From an uncultured Gemmatimonadales bacterium (lineage in GTDB: Bacteria; Gemmatimonadota; Gemmatimonadetes; Gemmatimonadales; GWC2-71-9), in contig CAWJIM010000021.1 in assembly GCA_963842945.1 (NCBI GenBank), positions 224,001 to 288,000 on the forward strand: a DNA stretch of 64,000 nt, in the 5' to 3' direction. The position numbers were made by a program, and so were the translations under genes. This document shows positions 1 to 10,021 of the stretch, in pieces; positions within the stretch are counted from its first letter, which is position 1, and the number at the start of each line of letters is the position of its first letter. Under the pieces are notes generated by a model that made no database searches, was not told the DNA's origin, and saw nothing but the letters and a program-made list of their open reading frames with translations.

Positions 1-1159
1 CCTGTTCCAGTCGCGATAGCCTGTTATCGTCGATCCGGTAACGCTGACTGGAATCGCCCGGCTGAGCCGGCGCCGCCACCCTGATCCCTACACCGCCCCC
101 GATCACGACGTTCCCCAGAATCACGTTATCGTTGCCGTTTTCGCTTACGATGCCGACAGTTCGGGCACCAATGATGGTATTGCCCCTGACCGTCGACCCG
201 CCTGAGTGCATCAGCCTGAACCCGATGAGGGCGCTGTCCGCCCGATTGTCCAGAAAGGTGTTGTTCCACCCGAACGACGACACAAACGCAGTTCGCAAGG
301 CGGCAGAAGCGTCGTTGCGGTAGACCAGGTTACCGACCGACGGCTCTATCGCCCTCGCGTCTCCGGCCAGCAGGAGTCCCAGGCTGGATGCGCTGAGATC
401 ATTGTCGACGATGGTATTGGAGTCACTTGCGTTGCGGAGCAGCAGGGCCGCCGCGCCGCAGTCCGCCGCCGGCACCTGGGACTCACATCGCCGAGTATGG
501 TCGGCCCGATTGCGGGCAATGACGTTGCGAGCCGACCGCCAGAGGTGAATGCCCCAGCCGTTGTTGGCCGACACATCGTTGTCGGCGATGTAGCTGTCGC
601 GCACCTCCATCAGCGCTATCCCGTTTTGAGCGGCCCGGGCGGTAACTCCGGTGATGCTGGTTCCGCTGGTTCGTCGGAGCAGGATGCCGCCGCCATACCG
701 CTCGAAGCTGTCCGCCCGAATCAAGTTCAGTTGGTCCGCGACTTCCGGACGCGCCGGCGTGGAGCGCACGCCCTGATCCCGGCTCCCGGAGAGATCGGCG
801 CCGCTGACCCGATGAGACCGGCCACCCTCCAAACGAATCCCATAGCGGTAGCCATGGATCGCGCCACCGGTGATCGATACCGCGTCCACCCCCCGGCTGG
901 TGATGCCGGCACCCACAAAACGACCCGGTACTGAGTCGCCGCTCTCCAGAATCACCCCCGTCAGATCGATCCGGGTGCCCGATGCCGCAGCGATGATGAT
1001 GCCCTGCTCGTTGATGTCGGCGATCCGATAGCGGCCCGGGCAGACCCGCACCTCACCCTGGACCTGAGTGCCGGCACGGGTGGGTCGGATGCAGGGTGCC
1101 GTCTTGGGCGTGGACGGAGCCCAAATGGTCAGGAGCGGAAGCAGAAAAGGACTCAGCAT
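1..1159 (-). CDS. Secreted right-handed parallel beta-helix (NosD/CASH-like) protein, 3' end runs off the window
   Basis: Manual translation (absent from the ORF track): MLSPFLLPLLTIWAP...YRYGIRLEGG...QNGIALMEVRDSYIADNDVSANNGWGIHLWRSARNVIARN...NTIVDNDLS. GI-x-L and N-x-I-x-x-N beta-helix repeats, hydrophobic N-terminus. ATG at 1159 overlaps the 3' end of the NUDIX gene. Confidence 0.75.
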   Translation of the reverse strand, partial: MLSPFLLPLLTIWAPSTPKTAPCIRPTRAGTQVQGEVRVCPGRYRIADINEQGIIIAAASGTRIDLTGVILESGDSVPGRFVGAGITSRGVDAVSITGGAIHGYRYGIRLEGGRSHRVSGADLSGSRDQGVRSTPARPEVADQLNLIRADSFERYGGGILLRRTSGTSITGVTARAAQNGIALMEVRDSYIADNDVSANNGWGIHLWRSARNVIARNRADHTRRCESQVPAADCGAAALLLRNASDSNTIVDNDLSASSLGLLLAGDARAIEPSVGNLVYRNDASAALRTAFVSSFGWNNTFLDNRADSALIGFRLMHSGGSTVRGNTIIGARTVGIVSENGNDNVILGNVVIGGGVGIRVAAPAQPGDSSQRYRIDDNRLSRLEQ

Positions 1160-1620
1160 ACCCGCAACACGTCGTCCACCGCGCCGGCGTTCCCCTGGTT
1201 GAGCAAGAGCTCGATATCGTCGAGGGCGCGGCGCTCGCGGGGCCAGGCGAACCGGGCTCGCGCGGCTGCCGGGGTGAGCCACTCGAAACCGTCATGCTCC
1301 GGCCCGAGCCGAACCACCGCATCCGTCGCCACGAAGGCGGCGAACACTGGCACCAGAGCGATCTCATCGGTGCGGTGCTGGTAGAACAGCTCCACCCGGC
1401 TCAGGTTGTAGAGCGGGGCGGCTATCAGACCCGTCTCTTCCTCCAGCTCGCGCGCCGCCGCTCGGGCGGGCCGTTCAGCCGGCTCGATGTGACCATGAAC
1501 GCTCTCCCATGAACCGGGGCAGCGTCCACCGGGTGCCCGGCGAAGCGCCAGGCATTGCAGCGAGCTTCCGACCCCGCGGAGAACGTAGACATCGACCAGC
1601 GAGGTGCGAATCGATGTCAT
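1153..1620 (-). CDS. NUDIX hydrolase (NudB-like)
   Basis: Nudix box GHIEPAERPARAAARELEEETGL; WESVHG and EHDGFEW motifs as in NudB-like proteins. Confidence 0.85.
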   Translation of the reverse strand: MTSIRTSLVDVYVLRGVGSSLQCLALRRAPGGRCPGSWESVHGHIEPAERPARAAARELEEETGLIAAPLYNLSRVELFYQHRTDEIALVPVFAAFVATDAVVRLGPEHDGFEWLTPAAARARFAWPRERRALDDIELLLNQGNAGAVDDVLRVC

Positions 1621-1772
1621 CGCGGGAACGGTCGGGCAAACGATTCAAAGGTCATGGCTTAACAGTTATCCGCTTCCGGCATCCGCGCCAGGATCGGAGC
1701 GGCCGGACGGATCATCAGTGCGGGGTGACCGGAGTTTTATCGGGCGGAGACCGGCTCTGCGTTACTGGTTGG

Positions 1773-4007
1773 TCAAGGTCTGCGGCGGCTCAGCACCGCC
1801 TCGAGTCTTGCGGTGAGAGCCCGGGCCCGGAAGGGTTTGGTGACGAAGTCGTCGGCCCCCAGTTCGAATACCCGCACCTCATTGTCTTCGTCGCCCTTGG
1901 CGGTCAGGACCATGATCGGTATTTCGCGCGTGGCTGGACGGGAACGGAGCTGCGCCAGTACTCCGTACCCGTCCAGTCCCGGCAGATTGAGATCGAGAAT
2001 GATCACATCCGGGGCGAAACGGTCGACCTCATCCAGCGCCTGAATGCCATCTCTTGCCTCGGCCACGCGATAGCCGTCGCGCTGCAGCAGGTCCTTCATG
2101 ACCCGGCGGAGCTGTTCTTCATCTTCCACCAGGAGCACACAGGCGCCCTGCCCCCGTCCGCCCGCCACAATGCCATCGACATCGCCCGGCTCGTCGAGCA
2201 GCTCCAGTTCCATCGAGAAGTCGGAGATGGGAGTCGCCGCCGCAGGGGAGGGTGGGGCCGCTGTGGGAGTGGCCGTTCGGCCCGAGCGACCCCGGGGACC
2301 CGCGGGAGGCGGCTCCGCCGCCTCCTCCTCGCGCGGGACGTCGGTGACCCGCAGCAGCTCTTCCAGTGTGGACTCGCCGGCGAGCACATGGCGCAGGCCA
2401 CTGCCCCAGAGCGAGCGCATTCCAGCTTTGCGGGCTGCTTCGGCGATCTTCTCCGCGCTGGCGCCGTCGGCAATCCGGCGCTCCAGATCGGGATTCATGG
2501 TGAGGACTTCCACGATGCTGAATCGGCCGCGGTAGCCGGTCATCGAGCAATCACTGCAGCCCACCGCCTGATACAGCGTGATCCCGGGAGGAACGAATCG
2601 CTGCAGCCGCTCGCTCACCGGCTCGGTCGCTTGCACCAGGCATTTCTTGCAGAGCCGGCGCATCAATCGCTGGGCGACGATGCCCCGCAGCGCCGGCGCG
2701 ATCTTATAGGACTCCATTCCCATGTCGACCAGACGCGTCACCGTGTTGGGTGCATCGTTCGTGTGCAGGGTGGAGAGCACCAGGTGGCCGGTGAGCGAAG
2801 CTTGCAGCGCAATCTGCGCGGTTTCCTTGTCTCGAATCTCACCCACCAGGACCACGTCCGGGTCCTGCCTCAGAATGGATCGGAGGGCAGCCGCGAAGGT
2901 GAGTCCGGCCTTTTCGTTCACCTGCACCTGGACGATGTTCTCGCCCAACCGGTATTCCACCGGGTCTTCCACGGTCACGATGTTCACGCCGGTACCCTGA
3001 ACCGCCCGCAGTGCGGAGTACAGCGTGGTGGTCTTGCCCGAGCCGGTCGGCCCGGTCACCAGGATGATGCCCTCCTTGTTCGACAGGAGCGCCCGGATCC
3101 CTTTCTGTTCATCCTCGCTCAGTCCTAACGAGTCCAGCGCCAGGGTGGTCGCTTTCTGATTCAGCACCCGGATGACCACCTTCTCGCCGTGTGAGGCGGG
3201 AAGGGTCGAGATCCGGAGATCGATCGCCTCGCCATTCACCGAGACCCGGGCTCTCCCATCCTGAGGCCGGAGCCGGTCGGCGATGTCGAGCTTCGACATG
3301 ATCTTGATGCGCGAGATCAGGGGGACGCCGGCGCTCCGAGGGATCTTCATCACCTGGCGGAGGACCCCATCGATCCGGTAGCGAACGACCACGCCGCCCT
3401 CTACCGGCTCGACATGGATGTCGCTGGCTCGATTGGTCACGCCATCGGCAATCATGGTATCGACCAGCCGCAGAATCGGCCGCTGGCTGGCCTGTGCCTC
3501 GCTCGCGGCGGTCTCCTCATCGTCCTTGATCTGCTCCACCTCGAAGTCGCCGGAGATGCCTTCGAGCAGCCGCGCTACCGCTGTCTCGGTTTCGCGATAG
3601 ATCTCGTCCAGCTTCGCTCTGATCTTCGAAGGTGATCCCAGCAGCATGCGGACCTCTCGCCCGGTGGCAAAGGCCAGCATTTTTTCCGCATCGATGTCGA
3701 ATGGATTCGAGGTCGCTACTTCAAGGAAGGAGTCGGTCTGCCGCACGGGTACCACGTTGAATCGCCGGGCCAGCTGCTCGGGAACTGTGGTGGTAAGCTT
3801 GGGGTCTGCCTTGGAAAGCTCGGCCACCGGCAATCGAAAGCGGGCCGCGACAGCACTCAGGATCTGCTCGTCGGTGGCCAGCTTGCGGTCTACCAGAATG
3901 TCCCACAGCGGCGCATCGGGTCCCTGCTCCTGCCGCAAGGCCTTTACGGCCTCATCGGACAGGAGAGTCTCGATGGAGGGTACCAACCATTCGTCGGTGA
4001 ACTGCAT
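1773..4007 (-). CDS. PilB/GspE-family secretion ATPase fused to a C-terminal response-regulator receiver domain
   Basis: RASDIHVEP, RLRPQDGR, Walker A GPTGSGKTT, TVEDPVE, LRQDPDVVLVGEIRD, GHLVLSTLHTN, CKKC/CSDC Zn motif. C-terminal REC: LLVED, IILDLNLP, VLTA, VTKPF. Start placed at MQFTDEW. Confidence 0.92.
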   Translation of the reverse strand: MQFTDEWLVPSIETLLSDEAVKALRQEQGPDAPLWDILVDRKLATDEQILSAVAARFRLPVAELSKADPKLTTTVPEQLARRFNVVPVRQTDSFLEVATSNPFDIDAEKMLAFATGREVRMLLGSPSKIRAKLDEIYRETETAVARLLEGISGDFEVEQIKDDEETAASEAQASQRPILRLVDTMIADGVTNRASDIHVEPVEGGVVVRYRIDGVLRQVMKIPRSAGVPLISRIKIMSKLDIADRLRPQDGRARVSVNGEAIDLRISTLPASHGEKVVIRVLNQKATTLALDSLGLSEDEQKGIRALLSNKEGIILVTGPTGSGKTTTLYSALRAVQGTGVNIVTVEDPVEYRLGENIVQVQVNEKAGLTFAAALRSILRQDPDVVLVGEIRDKETAQIALQASLTGHLVLSTLHTNDAPNTVTRLVDMGMESYKIAPALRGIVAQRLMRRLCKKCLVQATEPVSERLQRFVPPGITLYQAVGCSDCSMTGYRGRFSIVEVLTMNPDLERRIADGASAEKIAEAARKAGMRSLWGSGLRHVLAGESTLEELLRVTDVPREEEAAEPPPAGPRGRSGRTATPTAAPPSPAAATPISDFSMELELLDEPGDVDGIVAGGRGQGACVLLVEDEEQLRRVMKDLLQRDGYRVAEARDGIQALDEVDRFAPDVIILDLNLPGLDGYGVLAQLRSRPATREIPIMVLTAKGDEDNEVRVFELGADDFVTKPFRARALTARLEAVLSRRRP

Positions 4008-4072
4008 GATTGCTCTACAACGGCGGGTGGAAGGAAGCCTGGGGCCGGAGCCAACGCCGCAAAATAAGGGCG

Positions 4073-6138
4073 CTATAGCAGGCCCCACCAGTCCCGGTTT
4101 ACGTCAATGGTGACGCCTACCCGCCCGTCCCGCAGGCCGACCCCCGCCTCCAGCCGAATGATCCGCATGAGCCATTCGACCGCGATGCCGGCAACCGGAC
4201 GGATGCCGTCGGTCTCGGCCCAGGGCAGCGACTGGTAGGGCCGCCCCGCATAGCCCGCCGCGACGAACGGCGCCACGACCATATGCTGGCCAGTCGAGGC
4301 GTAAGAGCCAAGCGAGAGAGCCGGCGTGGGAACTTCGAACCTCCATTCCAACCGGCCCAGGGCCATTTCCCGGCCGCCATATGCACGGAACGGCTCCCCG
4401 ACGAGCGTACCCCGGCCGCCGAGCACAAAGCTGCGGTGCGTCGGGAGCCCATCGGTTCCGGCCGCCAGGTATAGGGTCTGATTGGAGCTCGCTATTCCCG
4501 AATCGGGCGGTCCAAACCCCGCGCACCGCCCCCCGGACGTAATTGATCGGGCCCGTTTCCCAGCTCCAGCGATACCCGCCCCTGGAGATCGCGACGGAGC
4601 GCGATCCCGCCGCTGGCTTGCTCCAGCTCCAGGCGGGCTATTCCATAACTATCGCTGCCCAATGCTGGATTCGGACGGTAGACCCCGTTGGCCGGGGAGG
4701 CCTGAACGGTCACCGACTGGCTCTCCTCGGCCCCGATACTGCCGCGAAGCGAAGTTCGTCCTCCCAGGCGGCGGACGAGGGTGAGATCGGCGCCAGTGAG
4801 CATCACGTAGTCTCCATAGTCCTGGCCGGCTTCCTGGGACGTAAATGAGTTCAGCAGTGGAGCTATCACGGGAAGGTCGCTGAAATCGCTGATCCGTCTC
4901 GAGGCAGACACCTCCAGCCGAGTGCTGCCCAGGGTCCAGCCCGCGGAGAGTGAGCCGAGCCACCGGTGATCGGACGTGCCATAGCCGATAGCGGGACGCA
5001 GCTGAAGCCGTCCTCCACTCAGCCCGAAAGTCCCACCAATCCCCAAGGCGAGACCCTGAACCCGATTGACATGTGCGATATCGCTCAACGATCCGGTGGC
5101 GAGCCGCTGGGAGGGCAGTCCAGCTAGAGTCCGGGCGCCGGCAATGCGCTCCACCTCGGCTCGCAAGGACTCCATATCCTGCCGGTTTACCGGCTGGGCA
5201 ACACCGGCTATTGCCTGGTCCAGCGGCTCGGTCCACAGAGAGTCACCCCCCGGGTGCACCAGGCCCCCGATGGCCGGCGCCGTAACTAGCTCGGCGGGCC
5301 AGGGCACATTCATGTCGTATCCGTCTATCTCCCAGCGACCCCGGATGATTCCCCGGGCTGGAAAATCCAGCCAGGTGGCCCGGCGGCGAATCTCCACCTC
5401 CTGGCGGTAGGGAAGCCAGAAGCGTCCCTCGTACAGCGCGTTCTCCAGCACCACGCTGATGTCTTCCAGCTGTCGGTCGAGATAGGAGGGCGGTGTGAAG
5501 CTGAAGCGAAATCGGACCAGCTCTGCCGTTGCGACATCGAGATACAGGGTGCCGACTACCAGCGGCCGGCTGAAAGAGCGGGGGCGTACCGCTATCTGGT
5601 GGACGGTCACCTCGCCCTGGGCGGTGCGGATCGCGATGGAATCGGTCAGGGCAAAGTCATACGCGGTGAGGCCGGCTGGGGAAACCGGATGGATGACGTC
5701 ACGCACCTCATCTCCTTCCCCGATCCGAATCACGTTCCCGAAGTTGTTGGTGACGATGCCGAGATGGTCGCGATGGTAGCTGATATCGGTCGGCAGAAAG
5801 GCGCCGTCGCGCCACCCGAGGATCACCTGCTTGCTGTGGTTGGGCGCCTGCCAATACACTTCCACCTCGAGCTGGTCGGCTTTGACCAGTCGTGGGGGCT
5901 GGGCCAGCCCTTCTCCAACCTGGGCCAGAAAGAACAGAAACCCGTGAGCCCGCGCCCGATAGCTGGTGAGCGAACTGTCGGCCTGCACCGCTACTCGGCG
6001 ATCGACCGCGCGGCGCACCAGGGCCAGGGTCTCGGGAGTGTTCCAGGATTGTGCCGGCAGCGGTGAGCGGTAAGAGATAAGAAGGAAAACGCCGAGCAGT
6101 ACTCGAGCTCCCCAATGTGCTCTCACGCTCCTGGACAT
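4073..6138 (-). CDS. Large exported protein with probable C-terminal outer-membrane beta-barrel (2 frameshifts near 4545 and 4480)
   Basis: Signal-peptide-like N-terminus; amphipathic beta-strands in the C-terminal half; continues through ORFs 4104..4526 (VRGVWTARFG) and 4073..4426 (GRLEWRFEVP...VGVTIDVNRDWWGLL). Confidence 0.6.
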
Positions 6139-6177
6139 GGCCTTCTTACCACTCAAATCCTGCCTCTCACGCTGCCG

Positions 6178-6775
6178 ATGCGCGCAATATCCCGGGACCT
6201 GAGGGCCCCGGCAACCGGGCTGCTGGTACTCGCGGCTGCTGCCTGCGGCAGCAAGAGGCCGGAGTGCTGTTGCACCTCCTACGGAGCCTACGGCCGCCAG
6301 AGTCGTCCCGCTGAACCGTGCCATCGTGCTGGAGACCTCAGGGCCCTCCCCATCGGATACTTCGGTGAGCTTCCCCGCAGGTACCCCACGAACAATCGTG
6401 CTTCGGCACGGACCTCCCGAAAACATCGTGTTCGCGCGGCTGTCGTTCACGGCCGGGGCGTTTCCGGACAGTGGTCAGGAGGTCACCGTCGAGGTGAAGC
6501 CGAGGCCGGGGATCTACGGAGTGGACATTCTCATGAGCAAGCCCATTCGGGGCGGCGCCCGGCTCACCTTCGAGTACGCACGGTACTTCTCCTCGCCGGA
6601 GCGGGCCCGGCAAGTGTATCGCTCCGACGGAGCATTCGAGGGAGCGCTCGCGGTTGGACACGTCCTCTCCAGCGGCGATCAGATCGAGCTGCTGCCCACC
6701 GCTCGGCTCGATCTGGACCACCTCACCGCGCCGATTGCTACCGCAGGACGGTACCTGGTGGCTGCTCCCCAATGA
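6178..6775 (+). CDS. Lipoprotein of unknown function (1 frameshift near 6262)
   Basis: MRAISRDLRAPATGLLVLAAAA-C-GS lipobox in one frame continues as AVAPPTEPT...VLETSGP into ORF 6326..6775. Its stop overlaps the trpE start (ATGA). Confidence 0.6.
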
Positions 6776-8330
6776 GGACCAGCTACGAGGCGTTCGCCGA
6801 ACGAGCTCGCCAGGGCGGGATGGTTCCGGTCACCCACGAAGTCCTGCTGGATGGCGACACTCCGGTTACCGCTTTCGCCAAGCTTCACCAGGGGCCCTAC
6901 GGGTTTCTGCTCGAATCCCTGGAGGGAGGCGAACGCTGGGCCCGATACACCTTCCTGGCCACCGATCCGACCGAAGTGTTTCGCTATCAGGAGCCGGGAG
7001 TGCTCCCGATGGACGGCGAGCACCGGATGGAGGCTGGAGGATGCAGATGTGGCCCCGCTGGACCACCTGGGCCAGACCATGCGCCGGCACCCGCCAGTGG
7101 AGGTGCCTGGCTTGCCCCGTTTCACTGGTGGGGCGGTAGGGTACATCGGGTACGACATCGTGCGTAGCATCGAGTCGCTGCCGGCGGCGCCGCCAGACGA
7201 TCGCGATCTGCCTGACGCCATCCTGATGGTGGTGGACACCCTGCTGGTGCTGGACAACCTGTTCAATCGCGCGACCGTCGTGGCGACGGTAGACGTTCCT
7301 GGGGGCGCCTCTCCATCGGAGCTCCGGCGGCTCTACACCGGCGCGATCTCCCGAATCGACTGCTGGCTGGATCGGCTCACGGCCACCGGTCTCAACCCGG
7401 TTCTCCCGCTGGAGACCCCTCCGCTGCCGTCCACATCCGGGCCATATACCCAACAGCAGTTTCAGAACGACGTCCGCCGGATCAAGGAATACATCGCCGC
7501 GGGCGATACATTTCAGACCGTGTTATCCCGCCGGCTGGATCTGCCGGCCCCGGACCCGTTTCTGACCTATCGTTACCTTCGCGCGCTCAATCCGGCTCCC
7601 TACCTCTACTATCTCCACTGCGACGATGTCTATCTGATCGGAAGCTCGCCGGAGATCCTGGTGCGGGTGGAGGATGGGGAAGTCACCCTCCGGCCCATCG
7701 CCGGGACGCGACCGCGAGGGTCCACACCCGAGCAGGATGCCGCGCTCGCCGACGAGCTGCTGGCAGACCCCAAGGAACGGGCAGAGCATCTGATGCTGGT
7801 GGACCTGGGACGGAACGATGTGGGTCGGGTGGCGGAGTTCGGAACGGTCCGCCTGACGGCGTTCATGGCCATCGAGCGCTACTCCCACGTGATGCATCTG
7901 GTCAGTGAGGTTCGCGGGCGCCTCCGTCCCGAGCTGGATGCCATTGCCGCCCTGGCGGCCTGCTTTCCCGCCGGCACGGTTTCCGGGGCACCCAAGGTCC
8001 GGGCGATGGAGATCATTGACGAGCTGGAGCCGGTCCGGCGTGGACCCTACGCCGGAGCCGTGGGCTATGTGAGCTGGGGGGCCAGAACCCTGGATACCGC
8101 CATCGCCATACGAACCTGCGTCATGAAGGGCGGAACCGCCTGGATTCAGGCCGGTGCCGGGATTGTCGCCGATTCAGACCCCACCGCCAGAGTGGCAGGA
8201 GACCGAGGCCAAAGCTCGGGCCGTGCTGCTCGCGCTCGCCCTGGCGCACGGGCAGCAGGGCAGCGGGGAGGCGGGGCGAAGTAACAGTCTGCGCTGCCCC
8301 CCGCTCCCCCTGCCCCACCGCCCCGCATAA
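6772..8330 (+). CDS. trpE: Anthranilate synthase component I (frameshifts near 6990 and 8190; exact 3' end uncertain)
   Basis: GFLLESLEGGERWARY (Trp feedback motif), FTGGAVGYIGYD, NPAPY, SSPE, PIAGT (not PabB PIKGT), AEHLMLVDLGRND, FPAGTVSGAPK, QAGAGIVADS; shifted tail EWQETEAKARAVL. Confidence 0.9.
8250..8326. repeat. Inverted pair of degenerate octamer tandem repeats (GGGCAGCG-type)
   Basis: GGGCAGCA GGGCAGCG GGGAGGCG GGGCG (8250-8278), then complementary C-rich units CGCTGCCC, CCGCTCCC, CCTGCCCC, ACCGCCCC (8292-8326). Confidence 0.55.
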
Positions 8331-8338
8331 TACCGAAC

Positions 8339-10021
8339 ATGCCCTACCGTCTCGTCAGCTTCTCTGGGGACCAAAGCTTCGAGCTTCCGCCCGGTCGTAC
8401 CCTGGTGGTAGGGCGCGGCGTGACCAGCGACATCGCCATCTACGATCCGACCATCTCCCGGAGCCACGCCGAGCTGATCGTGGGGACGGATGGGGTGCAG
8501 GTAAGGGATCTGGGCAGCTCCAATGGGACCTGTATCAACGGCAACCGGATCACCTCAGGACGGCTCAGTCCCAACGACTCCATCACCTTCGGTAAGGTGC
8601 TCTTTCAGCTCAAGGAGCAGAGGGCCCCGGGGCAGACACCCAATCCCGTGCCCATTCAGCCATCGATCCAGGCCGGTGATAACATCGTCCGCCAGCTCAT
8701 GGTGGGCAGCGGTGGACCGACCGGAATCACCAGCCGGAATCGCAGCTCGGGCTTCGGGCAGCTCAAGGTAGCGGCCAACACCGCCGAGGAACGCCAGGCG
8801 AAGAAGCTTTCACTGTTACTGGATATCTCGCAGAAACTCTCGGGTGAGTTCGACCAGGACCGGCTGCTGGGCAACGTAGTGGATATGATGTTCGAGGTCA
8901 TGGATGTTGACCGGGTTTCCATCCTCCTCCGAAACGAGAGCACCGGTGAGCTGGTCCCCTCGATCTCCCGGAGCCGCCTGGGCGATGCCGCCTTTCAGCA
9001 GGTGCCGCGGTCGATCGTAGACAAGGCCATTCAGGAGCGGGTGGCGGTGGTGTCGGACAACACCCGGACTGACAGCCGTTTCAAAGGACATTCGATCGTC
9101 GCGCAGAGTGTGCGGAGCGCGATGTGCTCGCCTCTCATGGCGTCCGGTGACCGGATCCTGGGTTTGCTGTACGTCGACAGCGTAACCGCGGCAAATTCCT
9201 TCAGCGATGAAGATCTTCAGTTCCTGGTAGCCTTCAGCGGGCTGGTAGCGATCGGCATTCGCAACAGCCGTTACGCCGAGCAGATTCGCCGCGAGGCGCT
9301 GGTCCGCTCCAACTTCGAGCGGTACTTCGCGCCCAACATTGCGGCCGAGATCGCGCAGCAGGACGCGGTCGTTCCATTGGGTGGAGAGCGCCGGCCCATC
9401 GCCATCCTCTTCAGCGACATCCGCGGCTTCACCGCGATGGCGGAGTCCATGGGCCCGGACGCCATCGCCAGGCTGCTGACCGAGTACTTCAGTGAAATGG
9501 TGGAGATCATCTTCGAGCACGGGGGCACGCTGGACAAATTTGTGGGCGACGCGATCATGGCCCTCTGGGGCACCCCGATCGCCCACGCGGATGATCCCGA
9601 CCGGGCGCTGCGCGCCGCTGTTGCCATGCAGCACGGCGTCGCCCGGCTGAACCAGCGCTGGGCGTCGGAAGGGCGGCCCGAGATCGGTGTCGGGATCGGG
9701 ATCAACTACGGAGAGGTCTTCGCCGGTAACATCGGAAGTCACCGCCGGCTGGAATACACCGTGATCGGCGACGCGGTAAACGTCGCCAACCGCCTGTGCT
9801 CGGAGGCTGCTGCGGGCGAAATCCTGGTCAGCGAGGCACTGTGTCAGGTGGTGAAGGACCAGGCGGATTACGAGTATCTACCCGCCATGGCCCTCCGCGG
9901 GCGAACCCGGTCGGTGCAGGTGTATCGGGTAAAGGGAGTTACCAGTCACGAGACACGAGTCCCGAGCCGCGTCTCGGATCCCACGCTTCAATTGCCCAAT
10001 CGTAGGTCTGGTCCGAGCTAA
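8339..10021 (+). CDS. FHA-GAF-class III adenylate cyclase
   Basis: FHA (VGR, ISRSHA, DLGSSNGT); GAF (SVRSAMCSPL, LGLLYVDS, FSDEDL); cyclase (ILFSDIRGFT, TLDKFVGDAIMA, EYTVIGDAVNVANRL). Lys/Thr specificity residues indicate ATP. Confidence 0.92.
   Translation: MPYRLVSFSGDQSFELPPGRTLVVGRGVTSDIAIYDPTISRSHAELIVGTDGVQVRDLGSSNGTCINGNRITSGRLSPNDSITFGKVLFQLKEQRAPGQTPNPVPIQPSIQAGDNIVRQLMVGSGGPTGITSRNRSSGFGQLKVAANTAEERQAKKLSLLLDISQKLSGEFDQDRLLGNVVDMMFEVMDVDRVSILLRNESTGELVPSISRSRLGDAAFQQVPRSIVDKAIQERVAVVSDNTRTDSRFKGHSIVAQSVRSAMCSPLMASGDRILGLLYVDSVTAANSFSDEDLQFLVAFSGLVAIGIRNSRYAEQIRREALVRSNFERYFAPNIAAEIAQQDAVVPLGGERRPIAILFSDIRGFTAMAESMGPDAIARLLTEYFSEMVEIIFEHGGTLDKFVGDAIMALWGTPIAHADDPDRALRAAVAMQHGVARLNQRWASEGRPEIGVGIGINYGEVFAGNIGSHRRLEYTVIGDAVNVANRLCSEAAAGEILVSEALCQVVKDQADYEYLPAMALRGRTRSVQVYRVKGVTSHETRVPSRVSDPTLQLPNRRSGPS

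Noticed and set aside
1621..1772. GGGCAAAC near the PilB gene as a possible c-di-GMP-I riboswitch
   Set aside because: Lacks the GAAA tetraloop stem and GACGCAAAGC, and is on the opposite strand to the neighbouring genes.
1509..3128. 539-aa plus-strand ORF and similar long shadow ORFs (15940..17205, 22154..23530, 52339..53862)
   Set aside because: Each is antisense to a well-supported gene and has no motifs; expected in high-GC coding DNA.
6772..8330. PabB instead of TrpE
   Set aside because: Has PIAGT rather than the PabB catalytic PIKGT, plus the LLES feedback motif.
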